A DNA stretch of 64,000 nucleotides from Puniceicoccaceae bacterium (GTDB lineage Bacteria > Verrucomicrobiota > Verrucomicrobiia > Opitutales > Oceanipulchritudinaceae), in contig JBFOMH010000011.1 of assembly GCA_040830765.1 (NCBI GenBank), positions 29,255 through 93,254 on the forward strand, read 5' to 3'. The first letter of the stretch is position 1, and the number at the start of each line of letters is the position of its first letter. Under the pieces are notes generated by a model. That model searched no databases and was not told the DNA's origin. It saw only the letters and a program-made list of their open reading frames with translations. Positions 37,787 through 46,377 of this stretch are shown here, piece by piece. Made by a program: the position numbers and the translations under genes.

Positions 37787-37812
37787 GAGGTTCACCGGAA
37801 CCTCCCTGTTTT
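37787..37812 (+). terminator. candidate attenuator/terminator between the leader ORF and the TBDR
   Basis: GAGGTTC-accg-GAACCTC followed by CCTGTTTTGT; preceded by a second hairpin CTGAACG-ccag-CGTTCAG (37762-37779). Confidence 0.45.
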
Positions 37813-37846
37813 GTCCTGTATTTAAGTCACGAGAACCATTCTATCC

Positions 37847-39970
37847 ATGAAACCATTTAGCCATATCATCATTTTATCCTTACTGGCATCTGCCTCCACC
37901 ATGGCAGGAGCCACCGATCATCCAGAATCAAATTCCCCTTCATCCCATGAGCATGTCCATGACTTGGATCCCTTTGTTGTGGATGCCACCCTGGCCCCGA
38001 GGAACAGCCGGGATATGCTCAACCCCACGACAGTGGTCACGGCGGTTGAACTTGAACAAACACGAACAGCGACCATCGGGGACACCCTTGATGGTCAACC
38101 AGGCGTCCACTCGACTGCCTTTGGTGCGGGTGCCAGCCGTCCGGTAATCAGGGGACTGGAAGGGGTGCGTTTGAAAGTCATGGAAAGTGGCGTCGACAGC
38201 GGCGACCTTTCCGCTGACAGCCCGGATCATGCGACGGGCATTGAACCGTTCTTCATCGACCGTATTGAAGTCCTGCGGGGGGCATCGACCCTTCTCTACG
38301 GGAGTTCGGCCATCGGGGGCGCAGTCAATGTCATTGACCGGCGGATTCCGCGGCAAATGCCCGAAAAGGCTACTGCCGAAGGTCTTCTGAGCTACCAGTC
38401 CGCTGCTGAAGGATGGACCTACGGGGCTCTTGTTGAGGTTCCAGTGGAGCAGTTCGTCTTTTCGGCCAGTTACCTGGACCGGGACCATGGGGACTATTCC
38501 ATCCCTGGAATTGCTGAACTGGAAAGCGAACATCATGACGAAGATGAGGACCATGATGAAGACGAACATGAGCACGAGGATGAAGAGGTCGCCGGCATTC
38601 TGGAGAACTCCTTTCTGGGATTGAGCACGGCTTCGTTGGCACTGTCCTGGTTCCCGTCTGATCAGACCCGCTTTAGCATAGCCTGGCAGACGACAGACTC
38701 CCTTTACGGCGTTCCCGGACATGCCCATGGGCACGAGGAAGACGAGCACCATGAAGATGAAGAACACGAGTATGAGGACCACCATGAAGAGGAGGAAGAG
38801 GAGGGGGTCGCCATCGACCTGGAGCAATCCACACTTGATCTGGAACTGGAACACCGGTTGAACGGTAACTGGTTGAAGTCCTTCGAGGGACGGATCCGGT
38901 ATGTGGACTATGAACACCAGGAGCTCGAAGGCGACGAAGTCGGGACCGACTTTGACAAGGAATCGATCGAGGCCCGGCTCCTTGCAACATATGCCACAAG
39001 CAACGAGAATCCCGGGGCCATTGGCGTCCAGTGGAGTCGCCTCGATTCAAAGTCGGTTGGTGAGGAATCCCTGACCCCAGAGTCGGAAACCACCGACTTT
39101 GCTGTTTTCCTGGTTCAGGAGTGGCACTACGACAACTTCCGCATCGAGGGGGGCTTGCGCACCGAACACAGGGACATCGACGCCATGGGTACCGGAGGCT
39201 ACGGAGACTGGGCCTATTCCGCGTCGGCAGGCTCCCGGTGGATCCTCACCGAGCAACTGTCCCTGGGCTTGCTGTTCAATCATGCCCAACGCCATCCAAC
39301 AACGACCGAGCTTTATGCTAATGGGCCACATGCGGCGACCCGGCAGTTCGAAATCGGGAATCCGGACCTTGGGGTTGAAAAGGCCAATGGCCTGGACCTG
39401 TCCCTGCAGTATACCGGTTCCCAATTTAGCTTTGGGCTGACGGCCTTTGCAACCGACTTCGCTGATTACATCTATGCCGCACCGACGGGTGAGGAGGAGG
39501 ATGAACTGCCGGTCTATGTGTTCGATCGGGCAGATGTGGAATTCGTCGGCCTGGAAGCGGAATCCACCTGGCATGTATGGGACAGGGAAGATGCCTGGCT
39601 GGACCTCGGCCTTCTTTTCGATTGGGTGGATACGGATATCAAGGACTCTTCAGATGCCTTGCCACGGATTCCTCCCGCCCGGGCAGGGATCCAGTTGCTG
39701 TATGGTTCCGACCTTATGACCTTCAGCACCCGGGTAATGAGAAGCTTCAAGCAGGACGAAACGGCCCTGAACGAGTTGCCAACGGATGCCTACACCGATT
39801 GGACAGCTTCGCTTGCCATCAATCTGCCAATCCAGGAAGGAAGCTGGCGGCTGGTTGTTTCGGGTGAAAATCTTCTCGATGAGGAGATCCGGGTCCACAC
39901 CTCTCCGATCAAGGACCTCGCCCCGTCTCCCGGTCGGCATGTCCGTGTCACCTTGTCGGCGGCATTTTAG
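37847..39970 (+). CDS. TonB-dependent receptor, ZnuD-like (His/Glu-rich loops)
   Basis: FGAGASRPVIRG, SPDHA, IEVLRG..TLLYGS.AIGGAVN plug; two His/Glu tracts; ELYANGPHAAT; C-terminal Phe. Confidence 0.88.
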   Translation: MKPFSHIIILSLLASASTMAGATDHPESNSPSSHEHVHDLDPFVVDATLAPRNSRDMLNPTTVVTAVELEQTRTATIGDTLDGQPGVHSTAFGAGASRPVIRGLEGVRLKVMESGVDSGDLSADSPDHATGIEPFFIDRIEVLRGASTLLYGSSAIGGAVNVIDRRIPRQMPEKATAEGLLSYQSAAEGWTYGALVEVPVEQFVFSASYLDRDHGDYSIPGIAELESEHHDEDEDHDEDEHEHEDEEVAGILENSFLGLSTASLALSWFPSDQTRFSIAWQTTDSLYGVPGHAHGHEEDEHHEDEEHEYEDHHEEEEEEGVAIDLEQSTLDLELEHRLNGNWLKSFEGRIRYVDYEHQELEGDEVGTDFDKESIEARLLATYATSNENPGAIGVQWSRLDSKSVGEESLTPESETTDFAVFLVQEWHYDNFRIEGGLRTEHRDIDAMGTGGYGDWAYSASAGSRWILTEQLSLGLLFNHAQRHPTTTELYANGPHAATRQFEIGNPDLGVEKANGLDLSLQYTGSQFSFGLTAFATDFADYIYAAPTGEEEDELPVYVFDRADVEFVGLEAESTWHVWDREDAWLDLGLLFDWVDTDIKDSSDALPRIPPARAGIQLLYGSDLMTFSTRVMRSFKQDETALNELPTDAYTDWTASLAINLPIQEGSWRLVVSGENLLDEEIRVHTSPIKDLAPSPGRHVRVTLSAAF

Positions 39971-40050
39971 GATCACTTCTATCTAGCCGGATAATTCAAC
40001 AAAGATTCCTTTTAAAAATGGATCCGCGCGTGGTAGTGTAGGGAACAGTT

Positions 40051-40701
40051 ATGATGAACACCAAACGGGCCCTCATAATCTACGGCGGCTGGAGCGGGCA
40101 TGAGCCTGACAAGGTTGCCGCCATTTTGAAATCCGAGCTGGAGACGTCTGGCTTTTCCGTCGTCTGCTCAGACAGCCTGGAGGTGCTGGATGATGGAGAA
40201 TCCCTGACAAGATTCGACCTGATTATTCCTTGTTGGACAATGGGAGCGCTGAGCGAGGACCAGACAAACAACCTGCTCGCAGCGGTCCATGGCGGAGTCG
40301 GACTGGGCGGGATTCATGGAGGAATGGGGGATGCCTTCCGGGGAAATACCGACTACGAGTGGATGGTCGGCGGTCATTTCGTGGGGCATCCGCATGTCGG
40401 TGATTATACGCTGAGCAAGACAGCGGTAGTCCATCCGATCACCGATAACTTCCCCTGCACCTATGCGTATAATTCCGAGCAATACTACATGCTTATCGAC
40501 CCCGTGGTGGAAGTCCTGCTTGAGACGCAGTACACCTACGAGGGCCGCACCTGCACCATGCCTGTGGTCTGGACCAAGCACTGGGGAAAAGGGCGCGTAT
40601 TCTATTCCTCACTCGGGCACCTGCCCGCCGAGTTCACGGATTTTCCGGAGGTCCTGCGCATGACGGTCGAGGGCCTGAAGTGGGCCGCGGATAAAAGCTG
40701 A
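40051..40701 (+). CDS. ThuA-like (class I glutamine amidotransferase fold) protein
   Basis: GGWSGHEP, GGHFVGHP, SEQYY, WGKGRVFYSSLGH. Confidence 0.85.
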   Translation: MMNTKRALIIYGGWSGHEPDKVAAILKSELETSGFSVVCSDSLEVLDDGESLTRFDLIIPCWTMGALSEDQTNNLLAAVHGGVGLGGIHGGMGDAFRGNTDYEWMVGGHFVGHPHVGDYTLSKTAVVHPITDNFPCTYAYNSEQYYMLIDPVVEVLLETQYTYEGRTCTMPVVWTKHWGKGRVFYSSLGHLPAEFTDFPEVLRMTVEGLKWAADKS

Positions 40702-40758
40702 ATCTTTTTGTAGCGAAATTTGAGTACGCTTCAATCACCTGAATAATTTCCACCTTCT

Positions 40759-42180
40759 TTATTCAGGAGGCTGATAAGGATCGGGAGTCCCCAGTTGGAT
40801 GGGTGGCTCCTCTGCGAGCGTAGCCTGGAATTCGACGATCTTCTTGAACATGACCGGGAGAACCCATGTCGCCTCAGCCGCCATATTGTATTCCTCTTTG
40901 GGGTCCGATATGAGGTTATAGACCCGCGGAACGTTCAGTTGCCGGGGTTCGCTGTTCATGTTCTCCAGCTCGACCAGGTGCATCTTCCAGTTGCGCCATT
41001 TGTAGCCATATACATCATCGTTATTGAAGACGATAAAGCCCTCGCGGTTCGACTTTGCCTGCTTGCCAAGGAAGAAGTCCAGTTGGTCGACGCCATCGAT
41101 GATGCGATCGTCGGGTACCGTATAGTTTGCCACGCGACCCAACGTCGGGAGGATATCGACCACGTGGACAATCTCATTGCTGACGCTGCCTGCAGGAATC
41201 TTTTCGGGCCAGCGGATGAGGAAGGGAACCCGTAGCGAACCTTCCCAGGCGGTAAAGTAATTCCCCCGCCACGGACCGGCTGTGCCATGCCATGGATAAA
41301 AGTATTCCGGACCGTTGTCGCTCAACCAGATCACGAGCGTATTGTCCCGGATGCCAAGGTCATCGATGGCATCGAGGACCTGTCCAGACCGGTAGTCAAT
41401 CTCAGCGAGGACATCCGCGTAGTGGCCATTGCCAGTCTTCCCCTCGAAGTCCGGATGGGGCAGGGTGGGAAGGTGTGGTTGGGTGAAGGGGATGAAGGCA
41501 AAGAATGGCTCTTCTTCGGCCGTGCTTTTATTCATGAAGGCGACCGCCCGTTCGACCAGTTCACTGTCAATGGTTCGCCTCGCGGCCACGTCATACGGTT
41601 TCACCTCGGTCGGGATTTCCCCTTTCCTCGCTTCTGAAATGACGGCATTTACCCCGACATCCGGGTCGAATTGGAATTGTGAGGAGTATTCCGATTCGTC
41701 GGTCGTGTTGGCCACGCCATACCATTCGTCGAAGCCCTGATCCGTGGGGAAGCGGCCTGGTGTATCGCCGATGTGCCACTTTCCGAACATTCCCGTCTTG
41801 TAGCCAGCGTCTGAAAACAGCTCGGCCATCGTCACCTCCCAGTTGGTCAGCCCGTAGAGCATGCCCCAGACGACCCGCGTTGTCCCCGAACGGATAGGAC
41901 GCCGGCCGGTCATGAAAGCGGACCGTGTTGGCGTACACTGGGGCTCGACGTTGAAGTTCTGCAAGAGCATCCCCTCCCTGGCCAGTTGATCCAGTCGAGG
42001 CGTAGCGGCTCCCCTCAGTTCACCCCCGCCATAACATCCAAGTTCTCCCCAGCCAAGGTTGTCGACCATCATGACAACCACATTTGGTCGTTCCGGAACG
42101 GATTCGGCATGGGCCGTGACTCCGGCTATGAATGCAATCGTGAGGACTATTCCTGCAATTTTGGTTTTGCTCAGATTCAT
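40759..42180 (-). CDS. S1 arylsulfatase, secreted
   Basis: PNVVVMMVDNLGWG, CTPTR, GKWHIG, SDNGP; signal peptide. Confidence 0.92.
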   Translation of the reverse strand: MNLSKTKIAGIVLTIAFIAGVTAHAESVPERPNVVVMMVDNLGWGELGCYGGGELRGAATPRLDQLAREGMLLQNFNVEPQCTPTRSAFMTGRRPIRSGTTRVVWGMLYGLTNWEVTMAELFSDAGYKTGMFGKWHIGDTPGRFPTDQGFDEWYGVANTTDESEYSSQFQFDPDVGVNAVISEARKGEIPTEVKPYDVAARRTIDSELVERAVAFMNKSTAEEEPFFAFIPFTQPHLPTLPHPDFEGKTGNGHYADVLAEIDYRSGQVLDAIDDLGIRDNTLVIWLSDNGPEYFYPWHGTAGPWRGNYFTAWEGSLRVPFLIRWPEKIPAGSVSNEIVHVVDILPTLGRVANYTVPDDRIIDGVDQLDFFLGKQAKSNREGFIVFNNDDVYGYKWRNWKMHLVELENMNSEPRQLNVPRVYNLISDPKEEYNMAAEATWVLPVMFKKIVEFQATLAEEPPIQLGTPDPYQPPE

Positions 42181-42344
42181 CTTTTAGTGGGGTTTTGGGT
42201 TCTTCGAAGAATCGCCGATAGCGAATGACTCATTAGTACCTTTTTGATTGGGCAAGGCAATGATTTACCAAACTGTCGTATCCGGGAGCAGAATCCAGAC
42301 TTGCCCGATTCGGGCTTAGCTTCAAGATACTTCCCATAACTCAC

Positions 42345-42383
42345 GGGGGCGTAGCTCAGTCGGATAGAGCAACGGTCTTCTAA
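42345..42383 (+). pseudogene. 5' half of tRNA-Arg(TCT), truncated after the anticodon loop (probable att junction)
   Basis: GGGGGCG-TA-GCTC-AGTCGGATA-GAGC-A-ACGGT-CTTCTAA. The following GGCCA cannot pair with ACGGT, and no T-arm or acceptor 3' strand follows. Confidence 0.85.
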
Positions 42384-42510
42384 GGCCAAATGGCCCGTCT
42401 TGTTTGAATCAGCCTGAGTCGGCTGGAAGCTGTAATCGCCCTAAATTGGATGGCTGGGGAAGAGATGGCAGTTGGCTTATGTCGGCCTGAATCCGCTTAA
42501 ATTTTTCCGT

Positions 42511-42536
42511 CGGGTTACAAAAACGGGTTACAAAAA
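42511..42536 (+). repeat. perfect tandem repeat CGGGTTACAAAAA x2 (candidate integrase arm-type sites)
   Basis: Read directly from the sequence, ~130 bp inside the tRNA junction. Confidence 0.75.
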
Positions 42537-42563
42537 TCGAGACATGGATGACTTAGGTGAATT

Positions 42564-42884
42564 CTACTTTACTTCGATTGGAGTTGGTAATTTATAGTCT
42601 TCGAGTTCCTCCAGCTTCGGCTCATAGACCCGCATGAGGAAATTCCAGCCATCGACGATCGGAAGATTGTTTTTAACATCCTCACCGCACTCTCCAAAAT
42701 AAACGTCGAACGTTCCGTCCTCATTGAATTCAATATTAAACTCATTCAGGATAGCCCGGTCGCTGAACATCCAGCCATCGGCGTCGTACATGGTGATGGA
42801 AAAGAAGCCGCCTTCATTGAACGGCGGGACCTTGTAAGTGGCCTTGTAACAGCCTTGGCCATCCTCCTGACCGTAGGCGATGTA
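42564..42884 (-). pseudogene. C-terminal fragment of a DUF1214/DUF1254-type protein
   Basis: YIAYGQEDGQGCYKATYKVPPFNEGGFFSITMYDADG...NEDGTFDVYFG..NNLPI..GWNFLMRVYEP; in-frame TAG immediately upstream, no N-terminal part. Confidence 0.7.
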
Positions 42885-43854
42885 CTACTGGGCATTCGCC
42901 GCCGGCAAGCACGTCTACTCCGCCGTACCAACTGCCACTACACTCGAGGAATTGGAGAAACTGGTCGAAGCGGTACGGCGAACGGGTCTGGTGTACATGT
43001 TGGGCGAGACTAGCCAGTACGCCGGCGCCCGCCTTTTTATGAAGGAAAAGTGGGATGCTAGCGCATTCGGTCGCTTTGTTTACGGGGAGGGCGAATATTA
43101 TCACGACATGAGCCACGGCTTCTATGAAGCTTATCAGTACTTAGGCGGCGACGCGTGGAAGGCAACGGCGAGCTATCCCCCAATGCTGTATCCGACGCAC
43201 TCGGTTGCCATGATCCTCTCTGTCACGGCGGCGCGTGTCACGAAGGTCTCCTGTTTTGGCTATGTTGACCAGCACGAGGACGGCGTGTTTGACCCGAAGC
43301 TCTCGCTCTGGAACAACGCCTTCTCGAACCAGTCCGCCTTGATGCGAACGGACGACGGAGGCATGCTTCGAATCAACGAATTTCGCCGTCTTGGTCAGGG
43401 CGCAGGGCGTTCTGTCCGGGGTAGTCTCTTTGGCACGGAAGGCGCCTACGAGGAAAAAGCGAACGGTGGTATTTGGACCACTCGCAAAATGGAGAAAGCC
43501 CAAGAAGTCGAGAATATCATCAAATGCGGCGGTGTGCATAGCCATGATCAGTGGGAATCTGTAAAGGTCGATGTAGCGCTCAAAGGTGATTTCACAAGCG
43601 GATTTGGAGAGATTCTCCAAAAGTACCGCTCGCGATTACCGAAGAGTTTCAAGCTTCAGCCGAACGGACATGAAGGCTCCCATCAGTTCCTTACAGACGA
43701 TTTTGTCACCGCCATCACGCGCGAACGTCAACCCTCCGTCACCGTTTGGGATGCTGCCCGCTACAAGGCCCCGGGTATCGTCGCCCATGAATCCTCCAAG
43801 CGCGATGGGGAACTGCTGCCCGTTCCCAACTTCGGTCGCTCCCCCTCTGCATAA
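42880..43854 (+). pseudogene. 5'-truncated Gfo/Idh/MocA oxidoreductase
   Basis: Begins at AAGKHVYSAVP, normally internal; Rossmann GxGxxG region absent; YMLGET, GEYYHD, YPTHS, GHEGSHQFL retained. Confidence 0.75.
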
Positions 43855-44578
43855 GCCATCCCAAACACGGGGTGTTGCCATAAAGGCTGGGACATTAAAA
43901 GACTTTAATTCCTGAATGGCACCTTCAATTGGGGATTTCCGTGCCCCGCCAGGCAGGGTGGACGAAGTGAAATGAAACGGGCAATGTTTCCTTGCGGGAC
44001 GCCATCATACCGGTCCACATGATGTCGTTGATTTCACTCGAGATAGGAGGATGACCTCTGGCAGTTCGAACTTGCGATCGCGGATGACCTTGGAGAACTG
44101 TGAATTTCACGCAGGGGTCTGGTTGAAAAATTCCGGACCGATCCTTGTCCATATGATCAATGATATCAGCATATGGTTGAGAGAAAATGGAAGCCGATCA
44201 GGATGATCCAAGCCTGTCTTATGATAATCGGATCGTCTTTATCCGAGTTTCTGTTCTCATTTAAGGACACCCAAGGATGCAGGGCTGGCTTTATGCATTT
44301 CATGTCATCACCCCAAGTCATTCGCTTCTACAGACGCGGTAAACTCGTGAGCGGCGCACTGGCGAACACCTCCCCTTTGTGGCTTGGCTGCCATTTCGCC
44401 AAGTGAGTACGAGTATTATCAAGGCCTTAGCAAAATCATCCGCTAGGGGAGGTTTCGTAAATAAAATTTCATTGTCTAAGAGTTTTATGCAACGGTGCGC
44501 ATCCTTTCCAATTAGCCTATACAAGCCTTGAGTTCCTTAATGGTTAAAGGATTTTGAACCTAAACACCATTACCGACA

Positions 44579-46006
44579 ATGAGTGATCAAAAAGTACGGA
44601 CAATTGAAGCGCCTGAAAGATCTCTTCCAGTAATCGACGAAGCAGATGTTGTCGTGGTTGGAGGAGGATCCTCCGGCTTCAATGCTGCCACAGCCGCTGG
44701 CCGGATGGGTGCACGGACGATACTGATTGAACGCAATGGTTACCTCGGAGGTTGTACAACTGCGCCCTATAATACATCTGTAGGAATCATATATGACTCC
44801 GATGGGAACAAGATTATCCGGGGAACCTGTGAAGAGTTCGTAGACCGGATGATATCAGACGGACAGGCCAGACATGAAAGTACCCACAACCAATTATGGC
44901 CTCCTTATACGATGAAGGTCGCCATCGACATGATCGAGGACTCTGGAGTAGAGCTTTATCTCTATACCTTGGCATCAGACATCGTTTTTAAAGACGGGAT
45001 TGTCGAGGGTATCATAGTCGAAAGCAAACAGGGCAGGGGGGTAATCCTATGCAAGACAGTCGCTGACTGTAGTGCTGATGCAGACATCGCAGCCTGGACT
45101 GGTGCCCCCTTCCGTATGGAGGATCCGGACGATCTTCAGCAGATAAGCAGCGACTTCATTGCCTGTGGAGTAGATCACAAACGGGTGCGCGAGTGGGCCA
45201 TTGCTAATAAAGAACAATTGAATCTCAAGGTGACCGGACTGGAAAGTGAGGTGAAAGATTTTGGTGCTCAAGAGATGCTAACAATCACTATACCGAATGC
45301 TTCTTCCTCAGTGGATGAAACCGGAAGAATGCATCATGTCGGAGTGATGCCAACAGTGAAGCTTTGCCTCTACAGGGAAGCGGTTCGAATCCAGGGCAAC
45401 GTCAATGTCGATCCTTTGGACCCAAAAGCCCTAACGGTTGCTGAGAAAGAAGGGATCAAAGGAGCCATCGAGCACCTCGAGTACCTAAAGGAGACAGTGG
45501 AGGGATTTGGTGGAGCTTTCATCGTTACAAAGTCTCACTTGGGTGTTCGTGAATCGCGTCAAATACTTGGGGATTATTACATTTCGCTGCATGACGTGAA
45601 GAATCAGGCACGCTTTGACGATGTTATCTGCCTGAATTGCCGAGCTCTGGACTACCATTTAAAGGGCACCGTCTTTAAGATCGAATTTCTGAAAGGCAAT
45701 CACGATGTGCCCTTACGGGCTCTCCTTCCAACGACAGCGGAGAATGTCGAAGTCGGTGGTCGCTGCATTTCCTGCGATCACCTTTCTCAAGCATCCATAC
45801 GAGGCGCAGCCACATGCATGGCTACTGGCCAGGCTGCCGGGCTAACTGCTGCGATGGCGGCGCTCCAAGGTAAGCAAGTGCGCGACTTAGATGTACGTGA
45901 AGTGCAAAAAGCCCTTATTGACCAGAGTGTTGTCCTAAGTACAGTCGACAGTCGCAAGCCTTGGAAAGAAGAACCCTTTACCCTAAGAGAGCGTTTCGGA
46001 AACTAG
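44579..46006 (+). CDS. FAD-dependent oxidoreductase (PF12831-type)
   Basis: DVVVVGGGSSG, LIER.GYLGG, DCSADAD, GVRESRQI.GDY, VPLRALLP, GRCISCDH, CMATGQAAG. Confidence 0.88.
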   Translation: MSDQKVRTIEAPERSLPVIDEADVVVVGGGSSGFNAATAAGRMGARTILIERNGYLGGCTTAPYNTSVGIIYDSDGNKIIRGTCEEFVDRMISDGQARHESTHNQLWPPYTMKVAIDMIEDSGVELYLYTLASDIVFKDGIVEGIIVESKQGRGVILCKTVADCSADADIAAWTGAPFRMEDPDDLQQISSDFIACGVDHKRVREWAIANKEQLNLKVTGLESEVKDFGAQEMLTITIPNASSSVDETGRMHHVGVMPTVKLCLYREAVRIQGNVNVDPLDPKALTVAEKEGIKGAIEHLEYLKETVEGFGGAFIVTKSHLGVRESRQILGDYYISLHDVKNQARFDDVICLNCRALDYHLKGTVFKIEFLKGNHDVPLRALLPTTAENVEVGGRCISCDHLSQASIRGAATCMATGQAAGLTAAMAALQGKQVRDLDVREVQKALIDQSVVLSTVDSRKPWKEEPFTLRERFGN

Positions 46007-46258
46007 ATGAGTATATCACTGGCGCTACACCAGATCTCGGAGAAGTTCCTGCAGTACTTGCAATCCATGGGTCCTGGAAATGTGGAACCCATGGCATTTT
46101 GTGGCGACCGTGATCTCATGGATGCGGCAGGAGTTGCTGTAGAATCCTGCTATTATCGGGGCAAGACAACTACCGGAGATGACGATTACTACAATCGATT
46201 TCCGGGTTATCAAGCAGTTGGAGAAAAATCTAAAGTCGCTGAATGCCACAATAATTGA
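46007..46258 (+). CDS. short hypothetical protein or gene remnant
   Basis: ATG abuts the upstream stop (TAGATG); no recognisable motif. Confidence 0.3.
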   Translation: MSISLALHQISEKFLQYLQSMGPGNVEPMAFCGDRDLMDAAGVAVESCYYRGKTTTGDDDYYNRFPGYQAVGEKSKVAECHNN

Positions 46259-46377
46259 TGAAGATCGGGCCTCTATATAAGCTGTATGAAAGGCCGGAAA
46301 GATTGATTTGGAGCCGAATGAATCATCATCACTCCCGATGGAACAATTTCTGATATCTTTTGATCCTATTACATGAA

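Noticed and set aside
42345..42900. Intact tRNA-Arg, or tRNA with a group I intron
   Set aside because: No anticodon-stem 3' strand, T-arm or acceptor 3' strand follows within an intron-sized distance; the downstream DNA is a repeat and a protein-gene remnant.
43860..44480. Small ORFs between the Gfo/Idh/MocA remnant and the flavoenzyme
   Set aside because: No recognisable motifs or start signals; may be degraded coding DNA but cannot be assigned.
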